From an uncultured candidate division Zixibacteria bacterium (GTDB lineage: Bacteria; Zixibacteria; MSB-5A5; UBA10806), in NCBI GenBank assembly GCA_963801605.1, contig CAWDFP010000006.1, positions 192,879-256,878 on the forward strand: DNA of 64,000 bases, given 5' to 3'. Shown in pieces: positions 1 to 8,855 of this stretch; positions within the stretch are counted from its first letter, which is position 1; each line of letters begins with the position of its first letter. A model generated the notes under the pieces. The model saw only the letters and a program-made list of their open reading frames with translations, was not told the origin of the DNA and did no database searches. The position numbers and the translations under genes are program-made.

Positions 1-392
1 ACCACCACCGGCAAATTGAGCGCTTTGGCTAAATCAAGTTGTTCGCGAAATACCTTTATTTGAAGCTCTCTCGGAGATAAATCCCGATAGTAATCAAGCC
101 CGATTTCGCCGACGGCTACGATTTTTTTTCCTGATTTGGAATCTTCTTCAATCATCCGACGTAGTTGAGCAAGATAATCGGGCGCACAGCTTTTAGCGTC
201 ATGGGGATGGACACCAACGGAGGCATAGATATTTTCGTAACGCTGCGCCAGTTCAAGCGAGGCACGGGAGGTCGCCAGGTCGGTGCCAATATTAATGATC
301 GCCTCCAAACCATGTTCAAAACCGGTCCGAATAATCGAATCGCGATCGGAATTGAATTGGGGAAAATCAAGATGAGCGTGGGTATCGATCAT
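1..392 (-). CDS. TatD-family metal-dependent hydrolase (5' part; gene runs off the left edge)
   Basis: Minus-strand ATG at 390-392 opens MIDTHAHLDFPQFNSDRDSIIRTGFEHGLEAIINIGTD...GVHPHDA...VAVGEIGLDYYR, which matches TatD motifs. It is absent from the ORF track because no stop lies inside the window. Confidence 0.85.
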   Translation of the reverse strand, partial: MIDTHAHLDFPQFNSDRDSIIRTGFEHGLEAIINIGTDLATSRASLELAQRYENIYASVGVHPHDAKSCAPDYLAQLRRMIEEDSKSGKKIVAVGEIGLDYYRDLSPRELQIKVFREQLDLAKALNLPVV

Positions 393-616
393 GGACGGTA
401 ATATATCATGAAATGAAGAGATGTCAAAGGGATGGGCGTCTGTAAAAGCAGGCATTGTAAAGCCCGGTACCATATCGTGGACCATATATAGTACGAACCG
501 GCGGCAATTGCCAGAATTAGTTTGACAAACGACTTGAGATACCTAAATTTATCCCCAGCGAATTGCGGGGGCGCAAAGGCAAGAATGGGAATAGCCTCAA
601 TGGGTGTTAATTTCAA
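389..616 (-). CDS. hypothetical small protein
   Basis: 75-aa ORF whose TGA overlaps the tatD-like ATG (ATGA). No recognisable motif. Confidence 0.2.
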   Translation of the reverse strand: MKLTPIEAIPILAFAPPQFAGDKFRYLKSFVKLILAIAAGSYYIWSTIWYRALQCLLLQTPIPLTSLHFMIYYRP

Positions 617-685
617 CTCTTCACCACGGCTTCAATAACCATAAACATTTGGATAAAAATAATTTAGTATTAATAGGAGACGACA

Positions 686-1231
686 ATGAAATTACGGATG
701 CTCCAATGCCTCGGTCTGATTTTAATTCTGACGACTCTGGCTACTGCGCAGGCGATCCAAACCAAAGTGGCGCCAGATTTCACCCTGCCGGATATCGATG
801 GCAAGAATATAACATTTTCCAAAAATTATGGTCAGGGGCCGATGTATATTTCGTTCTGGGCTACCTGGTGTAAACCCTGCATGGAAGAACTCAAAATCAT
901 TGAAAAGCTCTATGAAAAATATCAAGGTCAGGGTTTTCAAGTTTTCGCAATCAATGTAGAAGGTCCCAAGGCCGCAGCCAAAATTAAAAGTTTCGTTAAG
1001 ACTTACGGACTAACGTTTAAAGTGCTGCTTGATAATGACGGTGAGGTATTCCGCAGGACGTTCAAAGGCGCCAACATGCCATTTACCATCATGACCGATT
1101 CCAAAGGCAGGATCGTATTTTCGAGGGTGGGCTTCAAGCCAGGCGATGAGGTAGAGATCGAAAAACTGATCTCCGATAATATCCAACCAGCCGCTCCCGA
1201 TAGCGCCAAAAGCAACGAAGCGGAGAAATAG
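686..1231 (+). CDS. TlpA/ResA-like periplasmic thiol:disulfide oxidoreductase (thioredoxin fold)
   Basis: Signal peptide MKLRMLQCLGLILILTTLATAQA and a WCKPC active site in an FWATWCKPCMEELK context. Confidence 0.9.
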   Translation: MKLRMLQCLGLILILTTLATAQAIQTKVAPDFTLPDIDGKNITFSKNYGQGPMYISFWATWCKPCMEELKIIEKLYEKYQGQGFQVFAINVEGPKAAAKIKSFVKTYGLTFKVLLDNDGEVFRRTFKGANMPFTIMTDSKGRIVFSRVGFKPGDEVEIEKLISDNIQPAAPDSAKSNEAEK

Positions 1232-1232
1232 G

Positions 1233-1661
1233 ATGAAAAAGGAATTTTACCCCGCTGGCGCCATCGCCATTTTTATCGTTCTAACTATAATTTTTATGCT
1301 TCCTACGATTTCTCAGGCGCAAAATGACACCTGGTCAGTCTCAGCGTCGAATTGGATGCAATACTGGTACAATCAGCCTGAAGCCAATTGGCTGCGCAGC
1401 AGCCCGATAGATACACTCCCTCCGGATACTTTGAATTCGGTCAGGGATTCGCTGGATAATAGATTTAGCGTCGATTTCAATTTTGGCAACTTTTACGCCG
1501 GGGCATGGCTGCGTACTTACCAGCCAAATTTCAATGGGGATGCCAACGAGAAAATCACTCAGAGATATTTCGGATGGAAACAGGACGGAATAACTATTCA
1601 CGCCGGCAATTTCTATGAGACTTTCGACCGCGGTATGACGCTTAAACGCTTTTCTCGATGA
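1233..1661 (+). CDS. outer-membrane beta-barrel protein, N-terminal fragment (DUF6029-like)
   Basis: Signal peptide present. The reading continues in the +1 frame into 1666..2751 (..FDRGMTL / AFLDDAVNFDNNLDGIK), which implies a 1-nt indel near 1645. Confidence 0.7.
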   Translation: MKKEFYPAGAIAIFIVLTIIFMLPTISQAQNDTWSVSASNWMQYWYNQPEANWLRSSPIDTLPPDTLNSVRDSLDNRFSVDFNFGNFYAGAWLRTYQPNFNGDANEKITQRYFGWKQDGITIHAGNFYETFDRGMTLKRFSR

Positions 1662-1665
1662 CGCC

Positions 1666-2751
1666 GTGAATTTCGACAATAATCTCGATGGTATTAAAAT
1701 TTCGGGACTTTATGATCATTTCGATTTCGATGCGATTTCCGGACGGGCATTCAAATTCCAACAGGGATTTAACGAATTTACGCTTCAAAGAGATTTTACG
1801 ATCAGAGGCATCCGCGGAGCAATTAAGCCGTTTACCGGCTTCAAATATGGCGGCTCTTTTGTGATATTCAAGCAAAATAGCAGTACGCAATTCCGGCAAT
1901 CTGACAATATCCAGCTTTATTCCATAAACCACGAAATAAACAAGGGTCCTTTCAATTTTTACGGGGAATACGCCGTTAAAGAGGGAAACACGCCGGAAGA
2001 AGAAAAGACCGATGGCGATGGCACTTACCTTTCAGGCTCGTTCAGCCATCGGCTCTTTAGCGTCTACGGGGAATACAAGAATATCTTTCGTTTGCTATAT
2101 CCCGGCCCAACCGGAGCGTTCAACACGCCCCCGCCGGTGAGTCACCAGGGACGAAGCCTGTCCTCGCTGGACGGGACACCAGGCGAAAGAGCTTATCAGA
2201 TCGGCGGTTTGATTTCCCCAAACTTCGATCTTAATTTCGATCTGGCATATTCGGAATCGTATTCCCGCGGGCTTGCAAACAGGCTCTATCTATCGGAAAA
2301 ATACGCGGGCGCAAGATGGGCCCCGATCGAGAAGGTAGTGGTGAACGGTCACTGGGACCGAATTGACTATACTGAGGATGAGATCGAGACCTATTTTGAC
2401 GGTTACTATTATGTCAATCCCGTCCAAACAGTATCTTTCTCGGCTTACACTAAACGTTTCTGGCCAACCGGGAGAAAAAATTATCACGAGGATTATTTGA
2501 CCCTGGGCTATTCCCGAGGCAATATCGTTGAGGTAACAGTTGGGGGCTCGCTCTCGAATAGAGTTTTCAGCCCCGGGGAGAAAAATGATCCCAAGAAACT
2601 GGCTTCTATTGAGCTAACCTATCATTATCGATCCCATGAGTTATCGGTCTTTTACGGCGGCGAACGCGGGGGCCTGATCTGCTCATCCGGCGTCTGCAGC
2701 CTTCGACCGACTTTCAAGGGAACTCGGATAATTTTACTATCGCGCTTTTAA
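1666..2751 (+). CDS. outer-membrane beta-barrel protein, C-terminal fragment (DUF6029-like)
   Basis: Alternating aromatic beta-strand pattern, GGLICSSGVCSLRPTFKG near the end, and a terminal ..LLSRF typical of OMP C-termini. The frame is open from 1639. Confidence 0.7.
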   Translation: MNFDNNLDGIKISGLYDHFDFDAISGRAFKFQQGFNEFTLQRDFTIRGIRGAIKPFTGFKYGGSFVIFKQNSSTQFRQSDNIQLYSINHEINKGPFNFYGEYAVKEGNTPEEEKTDGDGTYLSGSFSHRLFSVYGEYKNIFRLLYPGPTGAFNTPPPVSHQGRSLSSLDGTPGERAYQIGGLISPNFDLNFDLAYSESYSRGLANRLYLSEKYAGARWAPIEKVVVNGHWDRIDYTEDEIETYFDGYYYVNPVQTVSFSAYTKRFWPTGRKNYHEDYLTLGYSRGNIVEVTVGGSLSNRVFSPGEKNDPKKLASIELTYHYRSHELSVFYGGERGGLICSSGVCSLRPTFKGTRIILLSRF

Positions 2752-2838
2752 CAGCTTAAATTAGGGTGGGGATAAGTTAAAGTTGTTCAAGCCAATAAGG
2801 GGAAATTAAAACAAATGATCTTTTTTACTAATAAACAT

Positions 2839-2867
2839 TTGAAAATAAAACGAAGTATTGTTATATT
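2839..2867 (+). promoter_or_regulatory. sigma70-like promoter for the gene starting at 2904
   Basis: TTGAAA (2839-2844), 17-nt spacer, TATATT (2862-2867). A GGAGG SD at 2893-2897 lies 6 nt before ATG 2904. Confidence 0.5.
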
Positions 2868-2903
2868 ATCATCAGAAATTTTTTAACCCAATGGAGGTTT
2901 TCG

Positions 2904-3959
2904 ATGGATCTTGCTAAAAAGTTGTTACTACTGATCGCAGTAAGTATCATTTGCCTGACGGGGATAGCCGCGGCTGCCGATAGAATGGTAGTTTGCGAGT
3001 ATGTCACCAACTGGGGCTGAGGTTATTGTCCCGCTGCCGATCTGGTCTTAGATCGGTTAATGACAAACGACAGTTCATTTTTGGCTATTATCAGGTATCA
3101 CTGGTATTATCCGTCCAGTGACGATCCTTGGTATATGTATAACATTACCGATAACATGGCCAGAAACAATTACTACAGCAACAATTATTCCCCCCATGCC
3201 TGGGCCGATGGCAACGTTGATCTGACATCCAACCATCCGGGCTGGACTAATTCGATCAACAACGAAAGCAACGTTGACGCTCCGTTGATTATGTCTTTGA
3301 GTGGAACGTACAACCGCGATTCGCTTGTAGGTTATCTGAACGTTAACATCATCGTGGAATCAAATCCCGCTCTTAATAATCTTAAATTGCGGGTGGCTAT
3401 GACGCAATCAGGGATTCGCCAATCATCTCCCAATGGAACCTTGAACCACCACCAGGTATTTCGTGATATGTTCCCAACTACAGGGGGCCTGGGGGTAACT
3501 CTTCCCGAAGGCGACACACTAAACTACACCGTCCGTTTCACAACTCCATCGCCGCTCATCCCGGATAGCCTGCAGTTAGTGGCTTTTGTCCAATCCGACC
3601 AAAACAGGCGGATTCTGCAGGCCGCCAAGATTAAGGTTCACGACCTGTTAAGGGTTGGAATTGAAGAAGGAGTAGAAGTTCCCCAGAGCTTCTCCCTTTC
3701 ACAAAATTACCCTAATCCGTTCAACGCTCAAACCCGCATCGAATTTTCGACCGAAGGCGGAAATACCGCTCTTGAGATATTCGATGTCACGGGAGCCAGG
3801 GTTGCCAGCCTGATGCAGGACAATCTCAGAGCCGGATCATACTCCGTCATCTGGGATGGCCGCAACCAATCGGGTAATCCGGTTTCATCAGGAACTTACT
3901 TCTATCGCCTTAAGGACGATAGCGGGGTCAAGACAATGAGGATGACACTGCTAAAGTAA
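2904..3959 (+). CDS. candidate selenoprotein: thioredoxin-fold (Omp28-like) T9SS cargo protein with in-frame TGA at 3018-3020
   Basis: ATG 2904 is in frame with track ORF 3060..3959. It opens a signal peptide MDLAKKLLLLIAVSIICLTGIAAAA, followed by EYVTNWG-TGA-GYCPAADLVLDRL (a UxxC motif). The C-terminus carries a T9SS sorting domain (SLSQNYPNPFNAQT...MRMTLLK). Confidence 0.65.
3026..3066 (+). promoter_or_regulatory. SECIS-like hairpin downstream of TGA 3018-3020
   Basis: Lower stem 3026-3030/3062-3066, internal loop, 7-bp upper stem 3037-3043/3050-3056, apical loop GGUCUU (3044-3049). Confidence 0.5.
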
Positions 3960-3982
3960 TTCTTGGCAATATCGAGTTTTTA

Positions 3983-4015
3983 CAGGGACGAATTTCGGTT
4001 CGTCCCTGTTTTTTT
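3983..4015 (+). terminator. intrinsic terminator
   Basis: Hairpin CAGGGACGAA-tttcgg-TTCGTCCCTG followed by a T7 run, immediately after the stop at 3959. Confidence 0.8.
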
Positions 4016-4065
4016 ATATTAACTTGTACTGGTTGAATGGCAAAAATTAGTATTTATAAAGCGCA

Positions 4066-5382
4066 CTATTTTAGCAAAACCATTTTTATACTCTGAGACT
4101 GATCGCCCGCAACCAGCTTCGCATAATACACTCCGGAAGGGACATTGTTTGCATCCCATATTATCTGATGGGGGCCTGGTTGTTCAAGGTTCTTTGAAAG
4201 AATCGCGATTTTCTGGCCTAAGAGGTTGTAGATGGAAAGCTCAACCTGTTCAGCTTTCGGTAAATTAAGGCTTATAGTCGTTCGGGCATTAAATGGATTA
4301 GGGTAATTTTGCGATAGCGAAAAACGACTGGGGATCCCTGGCTCGTCCTTAATATCCGTCGGAGAGAATCTCAGAATAATCAGGGAATCCCGGTCGGCAA
4401 CATAAACATAGTTATCAAGAGCGTAAATCCCGGTAGCAATATATGGCGTATTATAGGCTGCCGCTAATTGAGGTGCGGCTAAGTCGGATATATCAACTAC
4501 CTGGATACCCTCAACACCAAGAGCGAGGTAAGCATAATTACCGGAGGCATATACGGCATGCGCCCAGGCGGGAGTAGGGTATGACGCTCTTAAGGTTGGA
4601 CCTGTTGGATAGGTAATATTAATAATTTGCATGCCTCCAACTTCATCGGCAATATAGGCATGGGAGCGATATACGAAAAGATTATTGGCATATCCGGGAG
4701 TATCGTAGAATCCAAGCAGCGTTGGGCTGGCGGAATTTTCGATAGAAGCAATTTCCAGGCCGAAATTGCCATCGGCAATATAGGCAAATGAGCCCAAAAC
4801 GAATACGCCCAGAGGAGATCCATAGGGATCCATTAGAGTTCCGGCAAGCGCGGGATTGGTCCGATTTGATATGTCAATTATTTGCAGTCCGGATGCTACA
4901 TCAGCCACATAGGCATAGGTCCCGGTGACAAATACGCCAGTCGCCACGTCGGGAGTATCATAACTTCCCACTAAAATGGGGCTGGCGGGATTGATGATAT
5001 TCACTATTTGCAGCCCCTGATCTCCGGTAGCCAGGTAAGCATAGCTGCCGGTGAGATATATCCCATTTCCCTGGCCAACAAAACTAATTTGACCGACAAA
5101 TTGCGGATGATTAGGCTGGGCAATATCAAAAATCGTAAGATCGCTGCTTGAAAGGCAGTAGGCTCGGTTTGCCATGACACGAACATCATTTATATTTGAG
5201 CATGCCACCGAACCGATATATTCTATCTCCTGCCCAAAAGCTGATGGTATAGGTCCAAAGATAACGATTAGAAAAACTAAATTAATAATCCATCGACTAA
5301 TATATTTTCCGTCGAGTGAAGTTTCAATTAATGCCGTATCGATGTGAATTATGTTTTTCATTATTAAAATGCCTCTCGTCAA
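4066..5382 (-). CDS. LVIVD-repeat beta-propeller protein with T9SS C-terminal sorting domain
   Basis: Repeated units of the type GSYAYLATGDQGLQIVNIINPASP. C-terminal SLSQNYPNPFNARTTI...IKMVLLK. The start is uncertain (5382 or ATG 5361). Confidence 0.85.
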   Translation of the reverse strand: MTRGILIMKNIIHIDTALIETSLDGKYISRWIINLVFLIVIFGPIPSAFGQEIEYIGSVACSNINDVRVMANRAYCLSSSDLTIFDIAQPNHPQFVGQISFVGQGNGIYLTGSYAYLATGDQGLQIVNIINPASPILVGSYDTPDVATGVFVTGTYAYVADVASGLQIIDISNRTNPALAGTLMDPYGSPLGVFVLGSFAYIADGNFGLEIASIENSASPTLLGFYDTPGYANNLFVYRSHAYIADEVGGMQIINITYPTGPTLRASYPTPAWAHAVYASGNYAYLALGVEGIQVVDISDLAAPQLAAAYNTPYIATGIYALDNYVYVADRDSLIILRFSPTDIKDEPGIPSRFSLSQNYPNPFNARTTISLNLPKAEQVELSIYNLLGQKIAILSKNLEQPGPHQIIWDANNVPSGVYYAKLVAGDQSQSIKMVLLK

Positions 5383-5499
5383 TTGGCTATATTTATTTCA
5401 TTAACAAAATAGCAACTGGTCGGTGTTCCAATATTTATGGCGGGTGGGTAGGAATGGATAAGGGCTGTCAACCCCAAGAAGCTTAGATTCTAATGAGAT

Positions 5500-5931
5500 T
5501 TATTTTCCCAGCGATCTCTTGGTATGCGCGATGAGCCCGCCCGAGAACAATATTTTGGAAATAATCTCTGGATATGGGGAGAAATTTAGAATCTCCTTTT
5601 TCGCGGTAATTTCGCCCTTATCGAAATCGATTGAGATATTTTCGCCCGAAGCGATCTTATCAACAGCGTCGGCATTTTCGATTAGCGGCAGGCCCAAATT
5701 TATGGAGTTGCGATAAAATGTTCGTGAAAATGATACCGCGATGACGCATGCCACACCGGCAGAATCAAGCGTTTCCGAAAGCTCGACAATTGAGCCAAAA
5801 TGCTTACCCGCAATTATAATTGCACCCTTTTGAAGTTTAGGCAACTGCTCGGATTGGCTATCATCCGATAATAAAAGGCGCTCGTAGTTATAATCCAGCT
5901 TTATAGCCGGTCCAGAAATCTGTTTTTTCAT
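5500..5931 (-). CDS. aconitase-family dehydratase small subunit-like (LeuD/HacB-like, divergent)
   Basis: ..AVSFSRTFYRNSINLGLPLIE.. matches the swivel domain. Its ATG overlaps the large-subunit TGA (ATGA at 5928-5931). The usual GCGSSREHA-type segment reads GSIVELSETL. Confidence 0.7.
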   Translation of the reverse strand: MKKQISGPAIKLDYNYERLLLSDDSQSEQLPKLQKGAIIIAGKHFGSIVELSETLDSAGVACVIAVSFSRTFYRNSINLGLPLIENADAVDKIASGENISIDFDKGEITAKKEILNFSPYPEIISKILFSGGLIAHTKRSLGK

Positions 5932-7163
5932 TTAAGATATTTCCTGGGATCGGTAATAGCGCCATCGATAGCGGTAGCTACCGCCGTGGCGGGAGAAACC
6001 TGATATATCTCCGTTCCCGAAAAGCTGCAATTGGGGGATCGGACACAACTGGCTGTAGTAACTGCCAATTCACCCGGCTCAAGATAGCCGTCATGAGCAT
6101 CGACACAGGGGCCGCAACCGGGGCTAAGCACGATACAGCCGGATTCAATAAAGGTTTTAACAAAGCTTCTTTCCAGCGCTTCAGCCAGGACTTTTCGAGA
6201 GCCCGGGATAATCATCATGCGGACATCATGACTGATGCGATGGCCGCGAAGCATTTTGGCAGCGAGTTCGAGATCATCTATTCGTCCATTGGCGCAGCAA
6301 CCCAGAACCACCTGCTCGACTCTCTTCCCTTCCAGCTCTTCAAGGGTCCCGGAACCATCGTTCCCATAAAGCGAACTGGCCCGGGGAGTGAGAGAGGAGA
6401 CATCGACAGATATCTCGTTGCAGTAGGCGGCATCAGAATCAGAGACGGTTGGCGTAAATTTGGTTTTAACTATTCGGCGTAGATATCGCGCCGTCAAATC
6501 GTCAAATGGCACCAGGGCCGTTTTAAGGCCGGCGTTGGCCGCCAGACATGTAAGAGTAACTCGTTCGGATACTGTCAGTGAGGAGATAACGTTGCCATAA
6601 AATTCTACTACTTTGTATTCGGCGCCGTCTTTAGTCAGGTCACGCGCCAGCTTCAGCATGATATCTTTGGCATATACGCCCCTGGGCAGGCGGCCGTTGA
6701 GATTGATCTTGATCGTTTGAGGCACTTTCAACCAGATCTTTCCGGTTGCCCAGATTGCGGCCATCTCGGCGGCCGTAAAGCTTGTCGAAAATGCTCCCAA
6801 AGAGCCGTAGCAGGACGCCTGAGCGTCGGTTGACAGGGCCAACTGGCCTGGCAGGATAAGCGCATTTTCCAGGATCAGTTGATTGCCAATTCCCTGACCG
6901 ATATCGTAAAAAGTCTTGATTTTCTGCTTTTTGACAAACTCACGGACGCTTCGATGCGCCGGCGATTCATGCCCTCGTTCGCTCCCAGGCCGCTGGTCCA
7001 GAGTGATAATTATTTTGGATGGGTCCCAGACTTTGTCTATGCCGTACTGGCTGAACTGTCGGATGATTTGGCCGGTATTATCATGAGAGATAGCAAGGTC
7101 GGGTTCGATACTGACGACATCCCCAATTTCAACCCGTTTCAGGCCCGATTTTCTGGCAAGCAT
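5928..7163 (-). CDS. aconitase-family dehydratase large subunit (LeuC/HacA-like)
   Basis: Motifs AISHDNT, LGCCANGRIDD and SPGCGPC are present. The track ORF extends to 7460, but that extension overlaps gene 7255..7527 and homology begins at MLARKSG (ATG 7163). Confidence 0.85.
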   Translation of the reverse strand: MLARKSGLKRVEIGDVVSIEPDLAISHDNTGQIIRQFSQYGIDKVWDPSKIIITLDQRPGSERGHESPAHRSVREFVKKQKIKTFYDIGQGIGNQLILENALILPGQLALSTDAQASCYGSLGAFSTSFTAAEMAAIWATGKIWLKVPQTIKINLNGRLPRGVYAKDIMLKLARDLTKDGAEYKVVEFYGNVISSLTVSERVTLTCLAANAGLKTALVPFDDLTARYLRRIVKTKFTPTVSDSDAAYCNEISVDVSSLTPRASSLYGNDGSGTLEELEGKRVEQVVLGCCANGRIDDLELAAKMLRGHRISHDVRMMIIPGSRKVLAEALERSFVKTFIESGCIVLSPGCGPCVDAHDGYLEPGELAVTTASCVRSPNCSFSGTEIYQVSPATAVATAIDGAITDPRKYLK

Positions 7164-7254
7164 TTTCTGGGCAATAGTCTCGCGGCGCGAGCCTTTGCGG
7201 TGATTGGAATCGGGAAGCGCCAGTTCCAGTTGTTCCAGCTTAAGCTGGGCGGGC

Positions 7255-7527
7255 TTATTTTCGATTTGATATTTTCGCCGCCACTGCCTGAAACCGGCCC
7301 TGGAGATTACTGAGCTCTTCGCCAGCCCGGGCATCATCGCCGAAACGTTCCCAGAGCTCGCGAATTTTATCCTCGGTATATTTGGGAAAGGAATAGGCGC
7401 TGATTTTTTTCTTGGTACGCCAGTAAGTGACAAGCCTGGCCGGAACGCCGCAAATCTCACCGATCTTTTTATCGGTGCGATATTTCTTTTGAAGCTCTAA
7501 AAGCTCTTTTTTCTTGGGAATTCTCAA
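7255..7527 (-). CDS. small helix-turn-helix-like protein
   Basis: 90-aa basic ORF (..KKIGEICGVPARLVTYWRTKK..). Its TTG start overlaps the HIT gene stop. Confidence 0.5.
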   Translation of the reverse strand: MRIPKKKELLELQKKYRTDKKIGEICGVPARLVTYWRTKKKISAYSFPKYTEDKIRELWERFGDDARAGEELSNLQGRFQAVAAKISNRK

Positions 7528-8018
7528 GATTTTCTCTTCAGACGGTCGAATCCGGGCTTAAGCATATCATAAATGTCGGTAAGCGATATAGACTGAATCT
7601 TAATATTGCCAATGACGGCGGTGAAGCTGGTATCTCCCTTGAAGCGCGGGACGACATGAATATGCAGGTGCTCCTCGATACCGGCTCCGGCAATTCGTCC
7701 CATATTCATCCCGACATTGAAACCATCGGCTGGCATAGCCTTTTTGATAATTGCCACCGATTTCAGGGATAAGTCGAACATTTCATTGGCCTCGAGAGGA
7801 GTGAGCTTGCCGGGATCGCTCTTATGGGCATAAGGGACTATCAGGAGATGACCGCCGTTGTAGGGATAGCGGTTCATTATAACGAAATTTTTCCGGCCTC
7901 TGAAGAGAATCAGGTTTTCGCGATCGGACCTCATCTTGGACCGTTTGCAAAAGACACATCCATCCTCTTTAGATCCCAGTATGAAATCGCGCCGCCAGGC
8001 AGCCCACAGATTTTTCAT
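7524..8018 (-). CDS. HIT-family nucleotide hydrolase/transferase
   Basis: Histidine triad EEHLHIHVVPR and a CVFC zinc-knuckle-like N-terminus. The likely start is MKNLWAAW at 8018, so the track extension to 8204 is probably not coding. Confidence 0.85.
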   Translation of the reverse strand: MKNLWAAWRRDFILGSKEDGCVFCKRSKMRSDRENLILFRGRKNFVIMNRYPYNGGHLLIVPYAHKSDPGKLTPLEANEMFDLSLKSVAIIKKAMPADGFNVGMNMGRIAGAGIEEHLHIHVVPRFKGDTSFTAVIGNIKIQSISLTDIYDMLKPGFDRLKRKS

Positions 8019-8258
8019 AATCGCGGGGATAAAAATACAATATTCGCAAGGGCAGTCAAGACAATAATGGGTTGAACGGATGTGCCTATTGAACTGCGAC
8101 TGCAATAATTCGAGAATGTTTTTAGGGAAAATCGATAGATATGTGCCTATTTCAGTAGCAGGAGCTTTTTGGTCTCCGATTGCTCGCCTGCTATGAGCCG
8201 GCAAAATAAACTGCCGGACCAGGCGATCCGACTACGATGCGATTAGTGACAATTTAAC

Positions 8259-8855
8259 TTATTTCAGCGCTACGGTGCTATCGGCCCACTTGTCGTAGTG
8301 ATCCTGGCTGGTGAGAAGAAGAATCTGGTGGTTCTCCGAAATTTCCTTGAGCACTTTCATGGCATTTTCCATGCGCTTCTGATCGTAGCCGGCGAAAGGA
8401 TCATCAAGTATCATCACCGAGCTTTTATCCTCGGCGATTAGCTCCGCCAGGGCCAGCCTGGCGGCCAGATATATCTGTTCGGTTGTTCCCGACCGAAAGA
8501 CCCGATTCGGGATCAAGCCATATCCGACGGCATCGGAAAAGACCTGAAATTTCATGGTAGATTTATCGAAACGTACTTTGGAGTAGCGGCCTGATGTCAG
8601 TTTATTCAAGATATCGGAGGTGCGGCTATTAAGCACTTCAAGTGTCGAAACAAGCACATTCTGCCGGGCCTCGTTGATACAATCGGCGGTCAGATTGAGC
8701 ATCGTGATGGCTTTATTAAGAGATTCGACCCGTTCGCTGAACTGTTCCCGGCGCTCGATATAGCCGGCCAGAAGTTCGGCGCCTCCCTCGGCATTCTCAA
8801 GTTGCTGGCACAAGAACGCCCCGTTCCCGCTCCAGGTCTTTGACGCGATCCTCAA
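8259..8855 (-). CDS. SbcC/YhaN-like ATPase, C-terminal fragment
   Basis: Contains Walker B/D-loop VMILDDPFAGYD. It joins 8797..10377 by a 1-nt shift at the C4 run 8819-8822 (..DLERER / AFLCQQLENAEGG..). Confidence 0.75.
   Translation of the reverse strand: MRIASKTWSGNGAFLCQQLENAEGGAELLAGYIERREQFSERVESLNKAITMLNLTADCINEARQNVLVSTLEVLNSRTSDILNKLTSGRYSKVRFDKSTMKFQVFSDAVGYGLIPNRVFRSGTTEQIYLAARLALAELIAEDKSSVMILDDPFAGYDQKRMENAMKVLKEISENHQILLLTSQDHYDKWADSTVALK

Noticed and set aside
7164-7460. N-terminal extension of the leuC-like ORF, or a frameshift fusion of the 90-aa HTH protein to LeuC.
   Set aside because: The extension overlaps gene 7255..7527 in another frame and has no homology. The open frame between 7163 and 7255 is too short to be meaningful.
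8019-8204. 62-codon N-terminal extension of the HIT protein.
   Set aside because: HIT homology begins at MKNLWAAW (ATG 8018), and the extension has no recognisable features.
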